A stretch of DNA of 32,000 nt from Propionibacterium ruminifibrarum. Its GTDB lineage: Bacteria > Actinomycetota > Actinomycetes > Propionibacteriales > Propionibacteriaceae. Below the pieces are notes generated by a model that was not told the DNA's origin, ran no database searches, and saw nothing but the letters and a program-made list of their open reading frames with translations. Both the position numbers and the translations under genes were made by a program. The number at the start of each line of letters is the position of its first letter. Within the stretch, counting starts at the first letter, position 1. This document shows positions 24,698-32,000 of this stretch, in pieces. The stretch is from NCBI RefSeq assembly GCF_900289195.1, contig NZ_OMOH01000003.1, positions 120,001-152,000 of the forward strand, written 5' to 3'.

Positions 24698-27357
24698 CCA
24701 TCGACCGCCCCGCACCCACCAGCCACGGCCCCGGACAGGGCCGCGAGCGGCACCGCGGCCTCGCCTCGCGACGCGTCTGGCACCGCATGACGGCCGTCCT
24801 CGTCTGCGCCTGGGCGGTCGTCGCCGTCGCCGGCACGATCGGGCAGCGCTGGCGCTCCGGCCTCGGCTGGGTCGGCCTGCACGCCGCGGCGCTCGGCGTC
24901 GCCACCAACGCGGTCGTCGTGTGGAGCGACTACTTCACCGCCGCCCTCATGCGCAGCCCGGCGACCCGCCGCGCACCCCAGATCGCGGTCCTGTCGGTGC
25001 TCAACGCAGGCATCATCGCCCTCCTGGCCGGCACCGAGAGCGGCCGCGAGGCGCTGCAGACCGCCGGCGCGCTGCTGTGCGTCGCCGCCGTCACCGGTCA
25101 CGTCATCGTCCTCGGCGTGCGCTCCGCGGGGGCGCTCACCACCCGCCTGGGGCGGACGGTGCTGGCCTACTACATGGTCTGCGGCTTCTGGTTCGTCGTC
25201 TGCGGCATGCTCGGCCACCTGATGACGGCCGCCGGCGGCAGCCGCCTGGACGTCTTCATGCTCCCGCACATCGCCACAGGTGTGCTCGGCTGGCTCGGCC
25301 TGGCCGTCATGGGCACCCTGCTCACGTTGTGGCCGACGATGCTGCGCACCCGCATGGTGCCCGGTGCCGAGATCAGCGTCCGCCGCGTCCTGCCCCTGTT
25401 CTGCCTCGCCATCGCGGCGACCGGCCTGGGCGGTGTCACCGCACGCGGCTGGATCTCGGCGCTCGGGCTGTTCGGCTACACCGCCTGCGTCGGCGTGGTG
25501 GCCAGTACCATGTGGGCCGCGGCGAAGGTGAAACGCCCCGTCAGCTACGCCTCCCGCTCGGTGATCTGCGGTCTGGCATGGCTCGTCGGCACGCTGGCCG
25601 TGGCCGTCGTGCTCATGGCCACCAGCACCGACCGCCAGCAGATGCTGGGGCGGCTGCCGCAGCTGGCCTGGCCCCTCCTGGGCGGTTTCGCCGCCCAGCT
25701 CATCGCCGGGTCCCTGTCCTATCTGCTGCCGGTCATCTTCGGTGGCGGCCCCGGCAGGGTGCGCCGCCGCAACGCCATCATGGACACCGGCTCGGACGCC
25801 CGCCTGATCAGCGCGAACACCGCCGGCCTGGCCCTGCTGGCACCGCTGCCGTCGGCGGCCCGCGCGGCCGCGCTCGCCGTCCTGGTCGCCAATGTCCTGT
25901 TCCTCCTCGCAACGATCCTTCGCTGCGGCCTGGCCAGGGAACCGCTCGGCCTCGCCGACGACGACACGCTGGCCGAACGCGGCCGCCGGTTCACCTGGAT
26001 CCTCGGCGCCGGCGCGGTCGCGCTGGCCATGGCGGTCGCCACCGCCGTCTCGCCGTCAACGATGGTCGGTGGCCTCGGCCCCGGGGCGGGAACCGGCGCC
26101 GACGTCTCGGACGCGCCCGTCCAGCGCGTCCAGGTCACGGGCGCCGACATGGCGTTCACGCCGAACCGGATCACGGTGCCCGCGGGAACGCATCTGATCG
26201 TCACCCTGACCAACGAGGACACCGGCGGCCAGGTGCACGACCTGACCTTCGCCGGCGGTGCAAGCAGCGGCCTGCTCATGCCGGGGGCCAGCGCCGAGGT
26301 CGACGCCGGCGTCATCACCGAGTCCCAGGAGGCCTGGTGCTCGGTGGCCGGGCACCGCCAGATGGGCATGGTCCTGCAGATCGTCGTGGAGGGCACCGCG
26401 GCCGCCTCCGGCTCCTCCGCGGGGGATCCCGGCGCCGGCGACCACGCGGTGCTCGACCCGAATGCGACGATGAGCGTCGGCGCCTTCGACGCCGCCCTGG
26501 CCCCCGCCCCGGGCCAGACCGTCCACGAGGTCCACCTGGAGGTCACCGAGGAGGTCGTCGAGGTCGCCCCCGGCGTGCGGCAGCTGCGTTACATGTACAA
26601 CGGCCAGACCCCGGCCCCGATCCTGCGCGGGCACGTCGGCGACACCTTCGTCGTGACCCTCACCAACTCGGGCACGATGGGTCACTCCCTCGACTTCCAC
26701 GCCGGAGACATCTCCCCGGACGACCCGATGCGCACGATCCCGCCCGGCGAGAGCCTCGTCTACACCTTCACCGCCCACCGCTCGGGCATCTGGCTGTACC
26801 ACTGCTCGACAGCGCCGATGTCGCTTCACTTGGCCAACGGCATGTTCGGCGCCGTCATCATCGACCCCGAGGGGCTGCCCGAGGTCGACAGGGAGTACGT
26901 CATCCTCGAGTCCGAGGCCTGGTTCGGCGCCCAGGGTGAGAGCGCCGACGCCGACCGGCTCGGCGAGACCGAACCCGATGCCGTCATGTTCAACGGGTAC
27001 GCCTTCCAGTACGACGAGCACCCGCTGAGAGCCACGGTGGGGGAGAGGGTTCGTTTCTGGGTGCTCGACGCCGGGCCGAACGAGCAGCTCAACTTCCACA
27101 TCGTCGGCACCCAGTTCGACACCGTGTGGAAGGAGGGCGCCTACACACTCGAGTGCGGTCACCAGCCGGCCGCCACGGTGGACGCCTCATGCGCGAGCAC
27201 CGGCACCGGCGGCTCCCAGCTGCTCTCGCTGGGCGCCGCCGAGGGCGGGTTCGTCGAACTCGTCGTCAACGAGCCCGGCCACTACACCTTCGTGAACCAC
27301 TCCTTCTCGTACGCCGAGAAGGGCGCGCACGGAGTCCTCGAGGTGACCGCGCGCTGA
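24694..27357 (+). CDS. nirK: Four-module fusion: N-terminal ~12-TM membrane domain + type-1-Cu cupredoxin domain + two-domain copper-containing nitrite reductase (NirK-type)
   Basis: Track ORF 23428..27357 trimmed to the ATG at 24694 (887 aa). Approximate extents: TM domain 24694-26030, cupredoxin 26119-26390, NirK 26500-27357. Cupredoxin ligand pattern: VHDL...WCSVAGHRQMGM. NirK motifs: GHSLDFHAG, YHCSTAPMSLHLANGMFG, FVNHSFSYAEKGAHG. Confidence 0.87.
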   Translation: MTIDRPAPTSHGPGQGRERHRGLASRRVWHRMTAVLVCAWAVVAVAGTIGQRWRSGLGWVGLHAAALGVATNAVVVWSDYFTAALMRSPATRRAPQIAVLSVLNAGIIALLAGTESGREALQTAGALLCVAAVTGHVIVLGVRSAGALTTRLGRTVLAYYMVCGFWFVVCGMLGHLMTAAGGSRLDVFMLPHIATGVLGWLGLAVMGTLLTLWPTMLRTRMVPGAEISVRRVLPLFCLAIAATGLGGVTARGWISALGLFGYTACVGVVASTMWAAAKVKRPVSYASRSVICGLAWLVGTLAVAVVLMATSTDRQQMLGRLPQLAWPLLGGFAAQLIAGSLSYLLPVIFGGGPGRVRRRNAIMDTGSDARLISANTAGLALLAPLPSAARAAALAVLVANVLFLLATILRCGLAREPLGLADDDTLAERGRRFTWILGAGAVALAMAVATAVSPSTMVGGLGPGAGTGADVSDAPVQRVQVTGADMAFTPNRITVPAGTHLIVTLTNEDTGGQVHDLTFAGGASSGLLMPGASAEVDAGVITESQEAWCSVAGHRQMGMVLQIVVEGTAAASGSSAGDPGAGDHAVLDPNATMSVGAFDAALAPAPGQTVHEVHLEVTEEVVEVAPGVRQLRYMYNGQTPAPILRGHVGDTFVVTLTNSGTMGHSLDFHAGDISPDDPMRTIPPGESLVYTFTAHRSGIWLYHCSTAPMSLHLANGMFGAVIIDPEGLPEVDREYVILESEAWFGAQGESADADRLGETEPDAVMFNGYAFQYDEHPLRATVGERVRFWVLDAGPNEQLNFHIVGTQFDTVWKEGAYTLECGHQPAATVDASCASTGTGGSQLLSLGAAEGGFVELVVNEPGHYTFVNHSFSYAEKGAHGVLEVTAR

Positions 27358-27452
27358 GAACCGGTCCCCGCCCGCGCTCTCCGGGGCGGCCCGTCGTGGC
27401 GGCCGCGGGACGATCCGGGCAGGGCCCGGGCCGTCCGGATGCGGGTCGGGAA

Positions 27453-30035
27453 ATGCCCGCGGCGCCTAATAGTCTGGTTCCCGTGAGCGATCCAGAAGAA
27501 GACGTCGAACCCCTCGATGCCGTCGACGAGGGCTTCTTCGCGCAGACCGGCCCGAGCCTCTTCGGCGACGATGAGCCTGCGATGCCCGCGCCCGCCTTCG
27601 TCGACGAGCCACTGGTCGACACCGAGCTCGACGAGGCCGGATCGGTCGAGGCCAGTATCGAGGAGGGCTTCGACCCCGACGACCCCGCTCTCGGCGAACC
27701 CGACGACGATGCCGACGGCGACGGCGGGGGCCCGGCCGCCGAGATCACCGAGCCCGTCTTCGACCCGGGCCCCGACGAGGAGGCAGAGCTCGAACGGCTC
27801 GTCGAACAGGACGCCTCGCAGGCCCAGCTGGCGCTCTACCGCCGCTACCGCCCCGACACCTTCACCGAGGTGATCGGTCAGGAGCACGTCACCGAGCCGC
27901 TCATGCGCGCCATCGCCAACGGCCGCGTCCACCACGCCTACCTGTTCAGCGGCCCGCGCGGCTGCGGCAAGACCACGAGCGCCCGGATCCTCGCCCGCTG
28001 CCTCAACTGCGAGCAGGGCCCCACCCCCACCCCGTGCGGGCACTGCCGCAGCTGCCGCGACCTGGCCACCGGGGGCCCGGGCAGCATCGACGTCATCGAG
28101 ATCGACGCCGCCTCGCACGGCGGGGTCGACGACGCCCGGGACCTGCGCGAGGGCGTCTACTTCGCCCCCGTCCACTCGCGCTACAAGATCTACATCATCG
28201 ACGAGGCTCACATGGTCACCCCGGCGGGCTTCAACGCCCTGCTCAAGGTGGTCGAGGAGCCCCCCGCCCATGTGAAGTTCATCTTCGCCACCACCGAGCC
28301 CGACAGGGTCATCGGCACCATCCGCTCCCGCACCCACCACTACCCGTTCCGCCTGGTGCCGCCGAAGGTACTCACCGGCTACCTGCAGAAGATCTGCGAC
28401 GAGGAGCACGTGCGGGTCGAGTCCGGCGTGCTGCCGCTCGTCGTCCAGGCCGGCGCCGGGTCGGTGCGCGACTCGCTGTCGGTGCTCGACCAGCTGCTCG
28501 GCGCGGCCGGTGAGGACGGTGTCGGCTACCGGCAGGCGGCCGCCCTGCTCGGCTACACGCCCGACGCGCTGCTCGACGAGATGATCGACGCCTTCGCCTC
28601 CGGCGACGGCAAGGGCGTGTTCGGCACGGTCGACAAGGTCATCGAGATCGGTCAGGACCCTCGCCGCTTCGCCGAGGACCTGCTCTCGCGGCTGCGCGAC
28701 CTGGTCATCATCGCCCAGGTGCCCGACGCCCTCACCTCCGGTCTCATCGACGTCGCGCCCGACCTGGCCGACCGGCTCAACCAGCAGGCCGTGCGCTTCG
28801 GGGCCGGTGAGCTGTCCCGGGCCGCCCAGGTCATCGCCCAGGGGCTCACCCAGATGCGCGGCACGACCGCCCCCCGGCTCTATCTCGAACTCATGTGCGC
28901 GCGCGTGCTCGTGCCAGGCGCCGACGCCTCGGAGGGCGGCATCACCGCCCGCCTCGACCGTCTGGAACGCCGCCTCGGCGTTCCCGCCGGCGGCGGCGAC
29001 CAGCCCGCCTTGGCCCAGCCGACCCAGCAGGCGGCTCCGCCGGTCCCGGCCCCACGGGCACCGTCCCAGAACCCCGTCGCGGCGCCGGCGCAGCACGGTG
29101 CCGACCCGGCGCCCGCCCCGAGCCCCGCCTCCGATCGGCCGGCGGCTCCGGGCCAGGCCAGGGCCCAGCGTCCAGCCGGCCAGCCCCCCTCCGGACAACG
29201 CCCGGCCGGGCAGGCGCCAGCAGCGCAGCCCCCTGCCGCCCAGCGCCCCGCAGGGCAGCGTCCGGCGGGCCACCCGCCCGCCGGTCAACGCCCGGCGGGC
29301 AGCCCCCCGGCCGGCACGCCCGCCCCGCAGCCACCCGCCCAGCAGGGGCCGGCGCCGCAGACCGGCGTCGCCCAGGTCACCACGGCCCAGCTGCGCCAGA
29401 TGTGGCCGCAGGTGCTCGAAGCGGTCAAGGACCGCCGCCGTTTCGCCTGGATGACACTCGGCCCCAACGCCCAGGTGCTCGACGTCAACGGCGGCCGCCT
29501 CACGCTCGCCTTCAACAATCCGGGGGCCCGCGAGTCCTTCGTCTCGCACGGCGGCGCCGACGTGCTGCACGACGCCCTCATCGCCACTCTCGGCGCCGAC
29601 CTCGAGATCGACACGGTCATCGAAGGGCAGGCCGCGGTCAACGACCTTCAGCAGCGGGGCGACCCACCCGCGGGCGGCGGCGACCAGCGCCCTTTTGAAC
29701 CGGCGTCTGCGCGGACCGGCCGGCCCCCGGCCGGTCCCGTGGACGACAACCCCGGTGCCCCGTCGGTTCACGACCCGTGGGCCACCCAGCCCGGCGCCGG
29801 TGCGCCGGAGCCCGCCCCGCAGCCAGGCGCCGACCCGGGCGACCCGGCCCCGGCGGTGCGCCACCACGTCATCAGCCCACCCGACGAGGCCGAGGGCGAC
29901 GAGTACGACCCGGACGCCGATGTGAGCATGGACGACGTGACCATCGTGGATTCGGACAAGCCGGCCACCCAGCTGCTCATCGACGAGCTGGGCGCCGAGC
30001 TGATCGAAGAGGTCGCGAACGAGGCCCAGCCCTGA
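27453..30035 (+). CDS. dnaX: DNA polymerase III subunit gamma/tau with an acidic N-terminal extension and Pro/Ala/Gly/Gln-rich linker
   Basis: Conserved core starts at LALYRRYRPDTFTEVIGQEHV (27828), then GPRGCGKTT, zinc module CLNCEQGPTPTPCGHCRSC, DEAHM, SRTHHY. In-frame start candidates are only ATG 27453, GTG 27483 and ATG 27582. No RBS is decisive, so the start is uncertain. Confidence 0.88.
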   Translation: MPAAPNSLVPVSDPEEDVEPLDAVDEGFFAQTGPSLFGDDEPAMPAPAFVDEPLVDTELDEAGSVEASIEEGFDPDDPALGEPDDDADGDGGGPAAEITEPVFDPGPDEEAELERLVEQDASQAQLALYRRYRPDTFTEVIGQEHVTEPLMRAIANGRVHHAYLFSGPRGCGKTTSARILARCLNCEQGPTPTPCGHCRSCRDLATGGPGSIDVIEIDAASHGGVDDARDLREGVYFAPVHSRYKIYIIDEAHMVTPAGFNALLKVVEEPPAHVKFIFATTEPDRVIGTIRSRTHHYPFRLVPPKVLTGYLQKICDEEHVRVESGVLPLVVQAGAGSVRDSLSVLDQLLGAAGEDGVGYRQAAALLGYTPDALLDEMIDAFASGDGKGVFGTVDKVIEIGQDPRRFAEDLLSRLRDLVIIAQVPDALTSGLIDVAPDLADRLNQQAVRFGAGELSRAAQVIAQGLTQMRGTTAPRLYLELMCARVLVPGADASEGGITARLDRLERRLGVPAGGGDQPALAQPTQQAAPPVPAPRAPSQNPVAAPAQHGADPAPAPSPASDRPAAPGQARAQRPAGQPPSGQRPAGQAPAAQPPAAQRPAGQRPAGHPPAGQRPAGSPPAGTPAPQPPAQQGPAPQTGVAQVTTAQLRQMWPQVLEAVKDRRRFAWMTLGPNAQVLDVNGGRLTLAFNNPGARESFVSHGGADVLHDALIATLGADLEIDTVIEGQAAVNDLQQRGDPPAGGGDQRPFEPASARTGRPPAGPVDDNPGAPSVHDPWATQPGAGAPEPAPQPGADPGDPAPAVRHHVISPPDEAEGDEYDPDADVSMDDVTIVDSDKPATQLLIDELGAELIEEVANEAQP
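29160..29350 (+). repeat. Imperfect tandem hexapeptide-coding repeat inside dnaX
   Basis: Encodes AQRPAGQPPSGQRPAGQAPAAQPPAAQRPAGQRPAGHPPAGQRPAGSPPAGTPAPQPPAQQ. Repeated cagcg(c/t)ccggc(g/c)gg-type units are visible in the DNA. Low-complexity linker. Confidence 0.6.
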
Positions 30036-30119
30036 CCCCGTCGCCACGTACCATGGATGACCGGTGACCGGCCCGTGACGGCCGTGCACGCATCGGCCAC
30101 TCGTCCTGAAAGGCAGACC

Positions 30120-30428
30120 ATGTTTCCCGAGGGTATGGATATGAACGCCCTGCTCGAGCAGGCCCAGCAGGTGCAGGCCCAGCTCCAGGCGGCCCAGCGC
30201 GACCTCGAGGCCACGAGCTTCACCGGCACCGCCGGCGGCGAACTCGTCGAGGCCACCGTCAGGGGAAACGGCGAACTCATCGGCTTGGCCATCAAGCCCG
30301 AGGCCATCGACCCCTCCGACCCCGAGGGGCTCGCCGACCTCGTCCTCGCCGCGGTGCGCGACGCCTCGACGAAGGCCTCCGCCGCCGCCCAGAAGGTCGT
30401 CCCCGATCTCGGCCAGCTGGGTCTGTGA
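30120..30428 (+). CDS. ybaB: YbaB/EbfC family nucleoid-associated protein
   Basis: Track ORF trimmed to the ATG at 30120 (GAAAGG RBS). [65 protein letters not shown] is the typical YbaB pattern. Conserved position between dnaX and recR. Confidence 0.88.
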   Translation: MFPEGMDMNALLEQAQQVQAQLQAAQRDLEATSFTGTAGGELVEATVRGNGELIGLAIKPEAIDPSDPEGLADLVLAAVRDASTKASAAAQKVVPDLGQLGL

Positions 30429-30429
30429 C

Positions 30430-31035
30430 GTGTACGACGGACCAGTCCAGGAACTCATCGACGAACTGGGGCGCCTGCCCGGGGTGGGGCCCAAGAGCGC
30501 CCAGCGCATCGCCTTCTGGTTGCTCGAGCAGCCGCAGGCCGACGTCGAGCGCCTCGCGAACGTGCTCATGACCGTCAAGGAGCACACTCACATGTGCTCG
30601 GTGTGCTTCAACGTCACCGACGCCGAGACCTGCCGCATCTGCCGCGACCCGCGCCGTGACCGCTCGCTCATCTGCGTCGTCGAGGAGTCGAAGGACGTCG
30701 TCGCCATCGAGCGCACCCGCGAGTTCCACGGGCTCTACCACGTCCTCGGCGGCTCGATCAGCCCCATCGACGGCCGCGGCCCCGGCGACCTGCGGATCGC
30801 CGAGCTGGTGCGCCGCCTGTCCGACACGACGGTCGAGGAGGTCATCCTGGCCACCAACCCGAACCTCGAGGGCGAGGCCACGGCGACCTACATCTCACGC
30901 CTGCTGGCCGACACCCCGGGCATCCGGGTCAGCAAACTCGCCTCGGGCCTGCCCGTCGGCGGCGACCTCGAGTACGCCGACGACGTGACCCTCGGCAGGG
31001 CCTTCAACGGCCGCCGCTACATGGGCGACGAATAG
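30430..31035 (+). CDS. recR: Recombination protein RecR
   Basis: 201 aa, GTG start. [24 protein letters not shown] (HhH), zinc finger [16 protein letters not shown], Toprim region, C-terminal [13 protein letters not shown]. Confidence 0.95.
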   Translation: MYDGPVQELIDELGRLPGVGPKSAQRIAFWLLEQPQADVERLANVLMTVKEHTHMCSVCFNVTDAETCRICRDPRRDRSLICVVEESKDVVAIERTREFHGLYHVLGGSISPIDGRGPGDLRIAELVRRLSDTTVEEVILATNPNLEGEATATYISRLLADTPGIRVSKLASGLPVGGDLEYADDVTLGRAFNGRRYMGDE

Positions 31036-31070
31036 GCACACAGCTTCTCTGGGGACACGGCGGCACGTGG

Positions 31071-31973
31071 TTATGCGGCCCCGCCGCACGGGATAGTGGC
31101 CCTGGCCGTCTCCTTGCCGTCCTGCTCCTCGATCACCACGCACACCTGATTACCAGAGGGGGATTCAGCCGGGCTGCTGCTCTCCTTGGCCTTCTCCAGG
31201 CGTTCCTTGTAGGGCTCCTGGTCGCAATCGACCTTTCTCTCGGACCAGAAGAAATATTCATCGCCTGCACCTCGCCGCTCTTCCCTGACCTTGCAGATGG
31301 GATCACTGGGCTCGGGAGAGGGCGTGGCAGAACTCGGCGGGGCGCTGCTTTCCGATGCGGAGGAGGCAGGGCTTGATGGGGAAGGGGCCTCGGTTTGTGA
31401 GGCAGAGGGACTTTCCGGGGACGTGGGGTTGCTGGGAGTGAGCGACGGCTCAGACGTGCCTGAATCCTCGTCCCCATTGCGGGAATCGGGCCCGCTGGGG
31501 GAGCCCGGCCTGAGAGCCTCGATGATCCGCTCGGGCAGTGAACGCAGGGTCTCGAGGATCTCCTCGAGGATGTTCGGGTCGGTGCCCGGGCCGGCGGGTT
31601 CCAGCTCGGGCTGGGAGGGCTGCACCAGGATGGGGGCATCCGAGGGCGACGCGCTCTGTTCGGGAGACTCGGACTGCGTGGGCGACGATGACGGAGACGC
31701 CGAGGACGACTGGGACGGGCTGGCCGAACTCGGGGTGATCGTCACGACCGGGGTGGAGACCGGAAGGTCGGAGTTGTCGTTCGACGTGACAACGCCGATG
31801 GCGACCCCCGTCGTCGCGATGGCGCCGGCCGTCACCGCTGCGGCGATCTTCATGCGCGCAACACGGCGCGCCTTGATCGCGAAGCCGACCGCCTGATCCG
31901 CCAGGGAGGCGCTCATCGCGGTGGCTTCGGGAGGCGTGGCTGCAAGATCGCGCAGCTCGTCGCTGATACCCAC
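31071..31973 (-). CDS. Membrane-anchored Ser/Pro-rich protein with small C-terminal 4-Cys domain (hypothetical)
   Basis: 300 aa, GTG start at 31973. Short cytoplasmic N-terminus, one TM (KIAAAVTAGAIATTGVAIGVV), ~200 aa of S/P/E-rich low complexity, then a Cys-containing module (C..C..C..C) at the C-terminus. GC visibly lower than neighbours. The real start could be elsewhere or beyond reliable calling near the window edge. Confidence 0.65.
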   Translation of the reverse strand: MGISDELRDLAATPPEATAMSASLADQAVGFAIKARRVARMKIAAAVTAGAIATTGVAIGVVTSNDNSDLPVSTPVVTITPSSASPSQSSSASPSSSPTQSESPEQSASPSDAPILVQPSQPELEPAGPGTDPNILEEILETLRSLPERIIEALRPGSPSGPDSRNGDEDSGTSEPSLTPSNPTSPESPSASQTEAPSPSSPASSASESSAPPSSATPSPEPSDPICKVREERRGAGDEYFFWSERKVDCDQEPYKERLEKAKESSSPAESPSGNQVCVVIEEQDGKETARATIPCGGAA

Positions 31974-32000
31974 AGAATTTCCTTAACCTGTGGCCAGTCT

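Noticed and set aside
27453-30035. Programmed ribosomal frameshift or transcriptional slippage site in dnaX (tau/gamma as in E. coli or Thermus)
   Set aside because: No A-rich slippery heptamer or homopolymeric A/T run is visible in the gene. The repetitive part is GC-rich Pro/Ala/Gly/Gln coding sequence only.
1-32000. CRISPR arrays, IS elements or transposases, integrases, toxin-antitoxin pairs, restriction-modification or other known defence genes
   Set aside because: Scanning both strands by eye showed no regularly spaced short repeats, no terminal inverted repeats flanking an ORF, and no ORF with recognisable recombinase, nuclease-toxin or methyltransferase motifs.

Overview
High-GC (roughly 65-72% judged by eye) actinobacterial chromosomal segment, densely coding and mostly housekeeping or metabolic. 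Left to right: a truncated gene start; a low-GC cassette with one orphan membrane protein; sbcC-sbcD nuclease genes preceded by a flavodoxin-family gene (all minus strand); a sugar-acid cluster (MHS-type MFS transporter, Zn-dependent L-idonate-5-dehydrogenase-like ADH, ManD-family dehydratase, and a divergent gluconate-5-dehydrogenase-like SDR); a gene-poor AT-rich gap; a DUF1540 Cys-rich protein; a DUF2470-like protein; an exported flavodoxin followed by a NOX/FRE-type ferric-reductase gene split by a frameshift; a quinone oxidoreductase; a large secreted beta-helix surface protein; tRNA-Ser(GGA); ilvA; an SRP (4.5S) RNA on the minus strand; a DUF2249 / wHTH-regulator / polytopic membrane protein / membrane-cupredoxin-NirK fusion module; then dnaX-ybaB-recR and a convergent Ser/Pro-rich membrane-anchored protein. 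No CRISPR array, IS element, integrase or recognisable defence or toxin gene was seen. Most interesting: (1) a ~1.4 kb low-GC cassette bracketed by 81-bp direct repeats that are two diverged copies of the sbcC 3' end; (2) a four-module NirK fusion and its neighbours lying between the SRP RNA gene and dnaX; (3) an exported flavodoxin next to a frameshifted transmembrane NAD(P)H-heme-flavin oxidoreductase. All functional calls rest on motif and family recognition by eye; no database search was run.
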